DNA from: the human T2T-CHM13v2.0 reference genome, Homo sapiens
Length of the DNA: 64,000 bases
Direction: 5' to 3' (one strand)
Assembly: GCF_009914755.1 (NCBI RefSeq)
Contig: NC_060926.1
Shown here one piece after another: positions 1 to 19,759 of this stretch; the stretch's first letter is position 1, and each line of letters begins with the position of its first letter. Position numbers and translations under genes: made by a program. The notes beneath the pieces are model-generated. The model did no database searches. It was not told the DNA's origin and saw only the letters and a program-made list of their open reading frames with translations.

Positions 1-4920
<4,920 letters not shown>

Positions 4921-5508
4921 GTAGTGTAAATATTTATGTAGTCAAATTAACTAGTCTTTTGTATTAGGACATTTGCTTTTCGGTTTTTTATATATTTAAT
5001 TTTTTTTTATATCAATAGCTCTAGGGGCACAAGTTGTTTTTGTTACATGGATGAATTGTATGGTGGTGAAGTCTGGGATTTTAGTGTACCCATAACCCAA
5101 GTAGTACACATTGTACTCCAATAGCTAGTTTTTCATCCCTCACACTCCCCCACCCTCCCTCATCTGAGTATCCAATGTTCTTTATACCACACTGTATGCC
5201 TTTGCATACCAATAGCTTAGCTCCCACTTAAAAGTGAGAATGTGTGGTATTTGGTTTTTGATTTCTGAGTTACATCACTTAGAATAATCACCTCCAGTTC
5301 CATCCAAGTTTCTCCAAAAGACATTAGTTCATTCTTTTTTATGGCTGAGTAGTATTCCATGGTGTGTTTATATATATAAATCAGTATACACCATATTTTC
5401 TTTATCCACTCATCGGTTGATGAACATTTAATTTGACTCTATTTCTTTGCAATTGTAAATTCTTCTTCTGTAAACATACATGTGCAGGTATCTTCTTGAC
5501 ATAATGAA

Positions 5509-5817
<309 letters not shown>

Positions 5818-6209
5818 GGTATAATGATTTATTTTACTTTGGGTAGATACCCAGTAGTGGGATTGCTGCATCAAATGGTAGATCTATGTTTAGTTCTTTG
5901 AGAAATCTCCATGCTGTTTTCCACAGAGTTTGTACTAATTTGCATTCCCACTATCAGTGTGTAAGCATTCCCTTTTCACCAAATCTACACCAACATCTAT
6001 TGTGTTTTAACTTTTTAATACTGGCCATTCTGGCTGAGGTAAGATGTTATCTCATTGTGACTGTAATTTGCATTTCCCTGATTATTAATTATGTCGAGTA
6101 TTTTTTTCATATGTTTTTTCGCCATTTGTATATCTTCTTTTGAGAAATGTTTAATCAAGCCATTTGCCCACTTTTTAATGGGTTGGGTTTTTTTTTGTGC
6201 GGGGGGGTG

Positions 6210-6518
6210 TTTTTTGTTTGTTTGTTTGTTTGTTTTGAGACAGAGCCTCACACTGTTACCCATTCTGGAATACAGTGGAGTGATCTTGGCTCACTGTGAC
6301 CTCCGCCTCCTGGGCTCAAGCGATCCTCCCACCTCAGCCTCACGAGTAGCTGAGACTACAGGCACCCACCACCACGTGCAACTAATTTCTTTATTTTCTG
6401 TGAAGACGGGGTTTCACCATGTTGCCCAAGCTGGTCTTGAACTCCTGAGCTCAAGCAATACCCCCATTTCAGCCTCCCAAAGTGCTGGGATTACAGGTGT
6501 GAGCCACCACGCCCAGCC
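6210..6518 (-). mobile_element. Alu (AluJ-like) inserted in L1
   Basis: Reverse Alu dimer with (TTTG)n tail, ending gagccaccacgcccagcc. Confidence 0.92.
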
Positions 6519-9077
6519 TTATTTATTATTTTTCTTGCTGCTTTGAGTTTCTTGTAGATTCTGAATATTAGTCCTTTTTCAGATGCATAGTTTGCAAATA
6601 TTTTCTCCTATTCTGTGGGTTGTCTGTTTACTCTGATGATTATTTCTTTTGCTGTGCAGAAGTGTTTTAGTTTAACTAGGCCCCACTTATTTATTTTTTG
6701 TTTTGTTGCATTTGCTTTTGGGGTTTTCATCATAAATTTTTTGCCAGAGAAATCAAGAAAGAAAAATAAATAAAGGGTATTCAAATTGAAAAAGAGGAAG
6801 TTAAACTAACTCTGTTTGCCAATGATGTGATCTGATCTGATACCTAGAAAACACTAAAGAGTCCTCCAAAAGACTCCTAGATTTAAAAAATGTATTTAGC
6901 AAAGTCTCAGTTTACAAAATCAATATATACAAATCAGTAGCATTGGTATAAACCAAAAACAACCAAGCTGAGGATCAAATTGAGAATTCAGTCCCTTTTA
7001 CAATAGCTACAAAAAATAAAATAAAATATTTAGGCATATACTTATCCAAGAAGGTGAAAGATGTCTACAAGGAGAACTATAAAACACTGTTGAAAGAAAT
7101 TATAGATGACACAAATGGAAATATATCCCATGTTCATGAATTGGAAAAAACAATATCATGAAAATGACCATAGTGCCCCAAACAATCTACAGATTCAATG
7201 CAACTCTTATCAAAAATACCAATGTTATTCTTTATAGAATTAGAAAAAAAAATTCTGAAATTCAAATGGGACTAAAAAAGAGCCAGAATAGCCAAAGCAA
7301 TTCTAACCAAAAAGAACAAATCTGGAGGCATCACATTACCTGACTTCAAATTATGCCATTATACAAGGCTATAGTAACCAAAACAGCATGGTACTGGTAT
7401 AAAAGTAGATATACAGACCAATGGAACAGAATAGAGAACCCAGAATTAAAACCAAGTACTTACAACCAATTGATTTTCTAGAAAGAGTACAGTAATATGA
7501 CTTGGGGAAGGGACACCCAATTCAATAAATGGTGCTGGGAAAATTGGATAGCAACATGTAGAAGAATGATACTGGATCCCTATCTCTTTCCATATGCAAA
7601 AATGAACTGAAGATGAATTAAAGACTTAAACCTAAGACCTGATAACCATACAAATTTGGGAACAAACCCTAGGAAAAACTCTGTTGGACAACCTAGGCAT
7701 TTGCTTTTTATATCTTTTAGAAGGCCATCGTAAATATGACACAAATACACAAATTCTTCTATATTTTTTAAAAAGCACATATATTTTACTTTGGTTTAGT
7801 TTTTAAGTCCTGAGTCATCTGGAATGCATTTCTGTGAATTTTATGAGCTATGAAAATAACTTACTTTTTTCAGATGGGTATTCAATTGCTCCAATATCAT
7901 TTATTGAATTAGCCAGCCTTTTTTCAGCAGTTTAAAATGCCACCAGTGTCATAACTAAAACTGTATATTATGTGGGTTTGTGGCCACTCTCTTGTTACAC
8001 TATTTACCTATTCCTGCACCAATACTATAGCTTTTAAAGTATATTTTACTATTTGGTAAGGTAATTTACCTTGCTTTTTATATGTTAGTATTATATCCAG
8101 CCACCCTCTACCTACCTTTCTCATTGGTTCTCATAATTTTTCAGTTTGGGTTTCCTAGGTAACTGATCCTGTAGACTTCAACTACTGACAGTTTTATCTC
8201 TTTATTTCTATTAATCATACCCCATATAAGAGTTATTTATTTTCCCAAACATTTAAGATCAGTCTAATTCCAGATAAACATCTCTGGAGGAACTCATTTC
8301 TATCAGCTTCCCCAGAAGTTTTTCTTCCTTTCTATCCATTCCTCACCCAAATTTAGTCCTTCTCTATTCATCCAAGGTGGATTTCTAAGCCATATGTAAG
8401 CCTGGGGGAGGTAAGGAAGAGATTCAAAAGTGAAATATCCCATTATGACATTAACCTTTTCTGACCTGATACAAAATTGTTTTGAATTGTTTTTCCCCTT
8501 TATATGAGCATTTAATGACTTTTTTTATTATACTTTTCATGAGACTGTGCTTGTCTCCCCAGCATTTTGTCTCTTTCCTGCCAGACTTTTCATCTTGCTT
8601 GTCATATGTCCAAAATTACTTTCCTTCCTCCCTTATACTCATACTGCAACTTCTTTAACTTCATGTAAATCTTTATTATGGCTTAGAGTCTATGTTCCAT
8701 ATTTTCAGTAACACAGTTAGCATATCCCAAACTTTATTACCCCTCTGTCTTTTGTCCCCCAACTTCAAAACCCATCTCCTATTTCATTTTTGTATTTTTC
8801 TTATATTTTAAAAACTTTATTTTTGAAATAATTTAACAATGACAGAGAAGTTGCAATAATTCAGAGTTCAACACTAATTCAGCAGTTATTAACATTTTCC
8901 CACATTCTCTTTATTATTCTTCTCTGCCTCACCTCTGTGTATTTGTGTATATGTTTTTAGAACAGTTTGATACTATATTGCAAACATCACATGATCTGTT
9001 TTGTTTTCACTTTTTCTATCACTATACTCAAGCCAGGTCCAGCTCTACCCATATTGCCCTCTTGTCTGATAAGTCAT

Positions 9078-9395
9078 GTTTTGTTTTGTTTTGTTTTGTT
9101 TTGTTTTGTTTTGTTTTGTGACAAGGTCTCACTCTGTTGCTCAGGCTGGGAGTACGGTGGTGCTATCTCTGCTCACTGCAACCTCCTGCCTCCCAGACTC
9201 AAGTGATCCCCCACCTCAGCCTCCCAAGTAGCTGTGACCACAGGCACACACCACCACACCCAGCTAACGTTTTTGTATTTTTGGTAGTGACAGGGTTTTG
9301 CCATTTTGCCGAGGCTGGTCTTGAATTCCTGGGCTCAAGTGATCCACCTGTCTTGGCCTCCCAAAATGCTGGGATTACAGGCATGAGCCACTACA
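9078..9395 (-). mobile_element. Alu with (GTTTT)n tail
   Basis: Reverse Alu dimer; pentanucleotide tail at 9078-9118. Confidence 0.92.
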
Positions 9396-11678
9396 CCCAT
9401 GAAAAGTGGTGCTCTGCTAGATTAAGTCACACTTTGAATTCTGTCACAAATTTGTGATCACTATCCTCAAATTGCCGTTTAATACTGCCTGTGAGAGGTC
9501 TAATCTCAAGATGGCTGAACAGGAACAGCTCCGGTCTGCAGCTCCCAGCAAGATTGACGCATAAGGCACGTGATTTCTGCATTTCCAACTGAGCTACCTG
9601 GTTCATCTCACTGGGACTAGTTGGACAGTGGGTGCAGCCCATGGAGGGAAAGCCAAAGCAGGGTGGGGCATCGCCTCACCTGGGAAGCACAAGCGGTCAG
9701 GGTATTTCCCTCCCCTAGCCAAGGGAAGCCATGAGGGGCTGTGCCATGAGGAACAGTGACTTCTGGCCCAGATATTGCGCTTTTCCCATGGTCTTTGCAA
9801 CCCGCAGACCAGGAGATTCTCTCAGTGCCTACGCCAACAGGGTTCTGGGTTTCAAGCACAAAATTGGGTGGCTGTTTGGGCAGACACGAAGCTAGCTGCA
9901 GAAGTTTTTTTTTTTTTTCATACCCAGTGGCACCTGGAAATGCCAGTGAGACAGAACACATTCACTCCCTTGGAAAGGGGGTTGAAGCCAGGGAGCCAAG
10001 TGGTCTGGCTCGGCGGATCCCACCCCCAGGGAGCCCAGCAAGCTAAGATCCACTGGCTTGAAATTCTTGCTACCAGCACAGCAGTCTGAGGTCCACCTGG
10101 GACACTCGAGCTTGGTGGAGAGAGGGGCATCCACCATTGCTGAGGCTTGAGTAGGCAGTTTTACCCTCACAGTGTAAACAAAGCTGCCAGGAAGTTCGAA
10201 CTGGGCAGAGCCCACCACAGCTCAGCAAGGCTGCTGCGGCCAGACTGCCTCTCTAGATTCCTCCTCTCTGGGCAGGGCATCTCTGAAAGAAAGGCAGTAG
10301 CCCCAGTCAGGAGCTTACAGATAAAAATCCCATCACCCTGGGACACAGCACCTGGGGGAAGGGGCAGTTGTGGGTGCAGCTTCAGCAGACTTAAATGTCC
10401 CTGCCTGACAGCTCTGAAGACAGCAGTGTATCTCCCAGCACAGCATTCGAGCTCTGATAAGGGTCAGACTGCCTCCTCAAGTGGGTCCCTGACCCCCATG
10501 TATCCTGACTGGGAGACACCTTTCAGTAGGGGCTGACAGACACCTCATACAGAAGAGCTCTGGCAGGCATCTGACAGGTGCCCCTCTGGGAAGAAGCTTC
10601 CAGAGGAAGGAACAGGCAGCAATCTTTGCTGTTCTGAAGCCTCTGCTGGTGATACCCAGGCAAACAGTGTCTGGAGTGGACCTCCAGCAAACTCTAGCAG
10701 ACCTGCAGCAAAAGGGCCTGACTGTTACAAGGAAAACTAACAAACAGAAAGGAATAGCATCAACATCAACAAAAAGGAAATCCATTCAGAGACCCCATCT
10801 GAAGGTCACCAACACAAAGACCAAAGGTAGATAAATCCACGAAGATAGGGAGAAACCAGCGCAAAAAGGCTGAAAATTCCAAAAACCAGAATGCCTCTTC
10901 TCCTCCAAAGGATCACAACTCCTCACCAGCAAGGGAACAGAACTGGACAGAGAATGAGTTTGACGAATTGACAGAGTTGGCTTCAGAAGGTGTGTAATAA
11001 CAAACCCCTCTGAGCTAAAGGAGTGTGTTCTAACCCAATTCAAGGAAGCTAAGAACATTGAAAAAAGGTTAGACAAATGGCTAACTAGAATAACCACTTT
11101 AGAGAAGAACATAAATGACCTCATGGAGCTGAAAAACACAGCACGAGAACTTCGTGAAGCATACACAAGTATCAATAGCCAAAATGATCAAGTGGAAGAA
11201 AGGATATCAGAGAATGAAGATCAATTTAATGAAATAAAGTGAGAGGACAAGATTAGATAAAAAAGAATGAAAAGAAACAAAGCCTCCAAGAAACATGGGA
11301 CTATGTGCAAAGACCAAATCTCTGCTTGATTAGCATACCTGAAAGTGACGGGGAGAATGGAACCAAGTTGGAAAACACTCTTTAGGATATTATCCAGGAG
11401 AACTTCCCCAACCTAGCAAGACAGGCCAACATTCAAATTCAGGAAATACAGAGAACACCACAAAGATACTCCTCGAGAAGAGCAACCCCAAGACACATAA
11501 TTGTCAGATTCACCAAGGTTGAAATGATGGAAAAAATATTAAGGGCAGCGAGAGAGAAGGGTCGGGTTACCCACCAAAGGGAAGCCCATCAGACTAACAG
11601 CAGATCTCTCAGCAGAAACCCTACAATCCAGAAGAGAGTGGAGGCCAATATAAAGCATTCTTAAAGAAAAGAATTTTC

Positions 11679-11790
11679 TTTTTTTTTTAAAGGCTAAAAT
11701 ATTTAATTATGTTTTTAAAGCACATGAATTCTTTACATTTCAATAAAATATTTCCAAACTATATTATCCCAGAAAACAAAACATGATTGC
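11679..11790 (-). pseudogene. 112-bp polyadenylated non-L1 retro-insert (mRNA 3' end or orphan transduction) in L1 ORF1
   Basis: Interrupts L1 'gaattttc|aacccag'. T10 at 11679-11688, minus-strand ATTAAA at 11702-11707, ATTTTC duplicated at 11673-11678 and 11791-11796. Confidence 0.75.
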
Positions 11791-12271
11791 ATTTTCAACC
11801 CAGAATTTCATATCCAGCCGAACTAAGCTTCATAAGTGAAGGAGAAATAAAATACTTTACAGACAAGCAAATGCTAAGAGATTTCATCACCACCAGGCCT
11901 ACCTTACAAGAGCTCCTGAAGGAAGCACTAAACATAGAAATGAAGAACCGATACCAGCCACTGCAAAAACATACCAAATTGTAAAGACCATCGACACTAT
12001 GAAGAAACTGAATCAACTAATGGGCAAAATAACCAGCTAGCATCATAATGACAGGATCAGATTCAGACATAACAATATTACCCTTAAATGTAAACAGACT
12101 AAGTGCCCCAATTAAAAGACACAGACTGGCAAATTGGATGAAGAGTCAAGACCCATGGGTATGCTGTATTCAGGAGGCCCAGCTCATGTTCAAGGACACA
12201 CATAGGTTCAAAATAAAGGGATAAAGTAATATTTACCAAGCAAATGGAAAGCAATAAAAAGCAGGGGTTGT

Positions 12272-12551
12272 GGCCAGGCATGGTGGCTCACGCCTGTAAT
12301 CCCAGCACTTTGGGAGGCTGAGGCAGGCAGATCACGAGGTCAGGAGATCGAGACCATCCTGGCTAACACAGTGAAACCCCATCTCTACTAAAAATACAAA
12401 AAATTACCCATGCATGGTGGCAGGTGCCTGTAGCCCCAGCTACTCAGGAGGCTGAGGCAGGAGAATGGCATGAACCCAGGAGGCGGAGCTTGCGGTGAGC
12501 TGAGATTGCGCCACTGCACTCCAGCCTGGGCAACAGAGCAAGACTCTGTCT

Positions 12552-12589
<38 letters not shown>
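12272..12589 (+). mobile_element. AluY inserted in the L1 ORF2 endonuclease region
   Basis: AluY-type gatcacgaggtcaggagatcgagaccatcctggctaacac and gagaatggcatgaaccc...ggagcttgc. A tail at 12553-12589; degenerate TSD agcagRggtYgt. Confidence 0.95.
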
Positions 12590-12590
<1 letters not shown>

Positions 12591-13403
12591 AGCAGAGGTC
12601 GTAATCCTAGTCTCTGATAAAACAGACTTTAAACCAACAAAGATCAAAAGAGACAAAGAAGGGCATTACATAATGATAAAGGGATCAATGCAACAAGAAG
12701 AGCTAATTATCCTAAATATATATGCACCCAATACGGGAGCACCCAGACTCATAAAGCAAGTTCTTAAGGACCTACAAAGAGACTTAGACTCCCACACAAT
12801 AATAGTGGGAGACTTTAACACCCCACTGTCAGCACTAGACAGACCAACGAGACAGAAAATTAACAAGGATATTCAGGACTTGAACTCAGCTCTGGACCAA
12901 GGCAACTTTATAGACATCTACAGAACTCTTCACCCCAAATCAACAAAATATACATTCTTCTCACCACCACATCACACTTATTCTAAAATTAACCACATAA
13001 TTGGAAGTAAAACACTCCTCAGCAAATGTAAAAGAACAGAAATCATAACAAACAGTCTCTCAGACCACAGTGCAATCAAATTGGAACTCAGGATTAAGAA
13101 ACTCACTGAAAACCACACAACTACATGAACACTGAACAACCTGCTCCTGAATGAATACTGGATAAATAACGAAATTAAGGCAGAAATAAAGATGTTCCTT
13201 GAAACCAATGGGAACAAAGACACAATGTAACAGAATCTCTGGGACACATTTCAAGCAGTGTTTAGAGGGAAATTTAGAGCACTAAATTCCCACAAGAGAA
13301 AGCGGGAAAGATCTAAAATCAACACCCTAACATCGCATTTTTAAAAAACTAGAGAAGCAAGAGCAAACAATTTCAAAGCTAGCAGAAGACAAGAAATAAC
13401 TAA

Positions 13404-13646
<243 letters not shown>

Positions 13647-14270
13647 TAGAAAATCTAGAAGAAATGAATAAATTCCTGGACACATACACTCTCCCAAGTC
13701 TAAACCAGGAAGAAGTCGAATCCCTGAATAGACCAATAACAACTTCTGAAATTGAGGCAGTAATTAATAGCCTACCAACCAAAAAAAGTCCAGGACTAGA
13801 CAGATTCACAGCCAAATTCTACCAGAGGTACAAAGAGGAGGTGACACCATTCTTTCTGAAACTATTCCAAACAATAGAAAAAGAGGGAATCCTCCCTAAC
13901 TCATTTTATGAGGCCAGCATCATCCTGATACCAAAACCTGGCAGAGACACAACAAAAAAAGAAAATTTCAGGCCAATATCCCTGATGAACATCGGTGCAA
14001 AAATTCTCAGTAAAATACTGGCAAACCAAATCCAGCAGCACATCAAAAAGCTTATCCACCACGATCAGGTCAGCTTCATCGCAGGGATGCAAGGCTGGTT
14101 CAACATGTGCAAATCAATAAATGTAATCCATCACATAAACAGAATAAATGACAAAATCCATGTGATTATCTCAATAGATGCAGAAAAGACCTTTGATAAA
14201 ATTCAACATCGCTTCATGCTAAAAACTGTCAATAAACTAAGTATTGATGGAATGTATTTCAAAATAATAA

Positions 14271-16401
<2,131 letters not shown>

Positions 16402-18559
16402 TGAATAGGAAGAGAGGAAGTCATATTGTCTGTGTTTGCAGATGACATGATTGTGTATTTAGAAAAGCCCATCATCTCTGCCCAAAATCTCCTTAAGCAG
16501 ATAAGGAACTTCAGCAAAGTCTCCGGATACAAAATCAATGTGCAAAAATCACAAGCATTCTTATACACTAATAACAGACAAACAGAGAGCCAAATCATGA
16601 GTGAACTCCCATTCACAATTGCTTCAAAGAGAATAAAATACCTAGGAATACAACTTACAAGGGATGTGAAGGACCTCTTCAAGGAGAACTACAAACCACT
16701 GCTCAAGGAAATAAGAGAGGACACAAATAAATGGAAAAACGTTCCATGCTCATAGATAGGAAGAATCAGTATCGTGAAAATGGCCATACTGCCCAAAGTA
16801 ATTTATAGATTCAATGTTATCCCCATCAAGCTACCATTGAGTTTCTTCAAAGAACTAGAAAAACTACCTTAAATTTCATATGGAACCAAAAAAGAGCCCT
16901 TATAGCCAAGACAATCCTAAGGAAAAAGAACAAAGCTGGAGGCATCACACTACCTGACTTCAAACTATACTACAAGGCTACAGTAACCAAAACAGCATGG
17001 TACTGGTACCAAAATAGATATATAGACCAATGGAACAGAACAGAGGCCTCAGAAATCACACCACACATCTACAACCATCTGATCTTTGACAAACCTGACA
17101 AAAACAAGCAATGGTGAAAGGATTCCTTATTTAATAAATGGTGTTGGGAAAACTAGCTAGCCATAGGCAGAAAACAGAAACTGGACCCCTTCCTTATACC
17201 TTATGCAAAAATGAACTCAAGATGGATTAAAGACTTAAATGTAAAACCTAAAACCATAAAAACGCTAGAAGAAAACCTGGGCACTACCATTCAAGACATA
17301 GGCATGGGCAAAGCCTTCATGACCAAAACACCAAAAGCAATGGCAACAAAAGCAAAAATTGACAAATGGGATCCAATTAAACTAAAAAGCTTCTGCACAG
17401 CAAAAGAAACTCTCATCAGAGTGAACAGGCCACCTACAGCATGGGAGAAAATTTTTGCAATCTATTGATCTCACAAAGGGCTAATATCCAGCATCTACAA
17501 AGAAGTTAAACAAATTTACAAGAAAAAGAGACAATCCCATCAAAAAGTGGGAGAAAAATATGAAGAGACACTTCTCAAAAGAAGACATTTATGCAGCCAA
17601 CAAACATATGAAAAAAAAGCTCATCATCACTGGTCATTAGAGAAATGCAGATCAAAACCACAATGAGATACCATCTCACACCAGTTAGAATGGTGTTCAT
17701 TAACAAGTCAGGAAACAACAGATGCTGGGGAGGATGTGGAGAAATAGGAACACTTTTATACTGTTGGTGGAGTGTAAATTAGTTCAATCATTGTGGAAGA
17801 GAGTGTGGCAATTCCTCAAGGATCCAGAACTAGAAATACCATTTCACCCAGCAATCCCATTACTGGATATATACCTAAAGGATTATAAATCATTCTCCTA
17901 TAAAGACACATGCACACATATGTTTATTGTGATACCGGTCACAATAGCAAAGACTTGGAACCAACCCAAATGCTCATCAATGATAGACTGAATAAGGAAA
18001 ATTTGGCACATATACACCATGGAATGCTATGCAGCCATGAAAAAAGATGAGTTCATGTCCTTTGCAGGGACATAGATGAAGCTGGAAACCATCATTCTCA
18101 GCAAACTAACACAAGAACAGAAAACCAAACACCATATGTTCTCACTCATAAGTGGGAGTTAAACAATGAAAACACATGGTCAGAGGGAAGGGAACATCAC
18201 ACACTGGGGCCTGTCATGGGGTGGGGGGCTGGCGGAGGATAGCATTAAGAGAAATACCTAATGGAGATGATGGGTTGATGGGTGCAGCAAACCACCATGG
18301 CACATGTATACCTATGCAACAAATCTGCACATTCTGCACATGTACCCCAGAACTTAAAAAATACTGCCTGTATATTGATGACTATTTTTAAAATTTGCAA
18401 ACATATTGGTTTTTGGCAATAACATTTTCTTATGGCATTTTATTTTTATGAGAATTTGACCAGAGCATACATTCTGTGTGAATTCAGTTGTTTGGAATCA
18501 CTGAGATTTCCCTTGCGGCCAACTATTTATTTACAATTAATGAATTTAGTGCTTACTAT

Positions 18560-18770
18560 TTAGTGCTTACTTAGTGCCAGGCACTAAGCCCTTTGCAAAT
18601 CTTCATTTATTGCATTTTCTGAACAATCTATTATCTTCATTTGGCAGATAAGGGAACTAAGGGAAGGGGAAGTAACTGTCACTAAGTCTCACAGCAAGTA
18701 GCAGACTAAGATGTAATCCTAGCAGTCTGGATCCAGAAATTATGCTCTTAACCAACATACTGTGCTAATT
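18560..18770 (-). mobile_element. MIR remnant
   Basis: gtgccaggcact ... atttggcagataagggaactaagg ... agtaact ... gctcttaacca, resembling the MIR core. Confidence 0.6.
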
Positions 18771-19759
18771 TTTTCAATTTCATATGTTGTTTTTTTAAAA
18801 AATGTGTATCTATAATTCCTATAAATTTATGTCATTCCCTGTGTGTTTCCAATAGATTGAGCACACTGGTTTATTATAGTTTAGATCTTGTATATCTTCA
18901 TTAATTTCTTGCCTATTTTATTTATCCATTTTTGAGAAATGTTTGCAGACTGTCTATTAATCAACTTCTCATTGTAATTCTATCATTTACAAATGTCAAT
19001 TATTTTTAGGCTATTGTTAGGTATATTTATTTTCAGAGATTTTATATCTAATAGATATTTCCACTTAATATTACATACCATGTTCTTTATCAATATGTTT
19101 TTTAAAACAATAAGAGAATAAAATGAAAAATCAACCTTAAACTCTAAACAACTTCATCATTTCAACATGAAATTCAGATTCTCACTCACAAACAATTAAG
19201 TATTACTTTTGTAACAGCAAGAAAAGTCCTCTTACCCAACACAATCTGAACCAATAGTTGGTTAATTGAAAAGATTTGTTTAAACAGAGAATTATCTAAA
19301 ATTACTTATAATTAAACATTTTGTTTTACCTAGAATAAATTTATACTGGCTTTTTATGAGTTTACTGATTGGAGTACAGTCTGTCTTTACACATAATGTA
19401 ACATAAAACACTTTCCTTTCTTCCCCCTACTTTGGAGAGGAACAAGAACTCAAAGCCACTTGCAAGGTGATCTGAGTACAGAATTATTCCAGATTTTTAG
19501 GATTCCTTTCCCTAAAATTCTCCTCTCTCTCATTTCATTCAACCTTATTTTTTAAAAGGCTGGTGTTAAAACTTTTCTTTCAACTTATTTTTCATAGAAA
19601 CATTCACTTTTTATACTTGTATTTCATCAGTTTACAAAATATTTTATTAAATTTCCAAATTAGACCAATAAATATTACTGTCTCATACCACTTTGGAAAC
19701 AACACAACTCATATTGGAAATCATACAACCAGCAAGAGCAGAGGTAAGCATTCTGTCTG

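Noticed and set aside
6091-6546. 151-aa ORF and similar Alu-frame ORFs (9137, 25316, 28079, 49358)
   Set aside because: These are antisense Alu translations with no independent coding evidence.
9603-10834. Cluster of overlapping ORFs on both strands
   Set aside because: GC-rich L1 5'UTR has few stop codons; I could not identify an ORF0 equivalent with confidence.
19735-19750. Strong donor-like GAG|GTAAGC (also acceptor-like sites near 37109 and 37718) as unannotated exons
   Set aside because: No convincing partner site or reading frame; such motifs are common in long introns.
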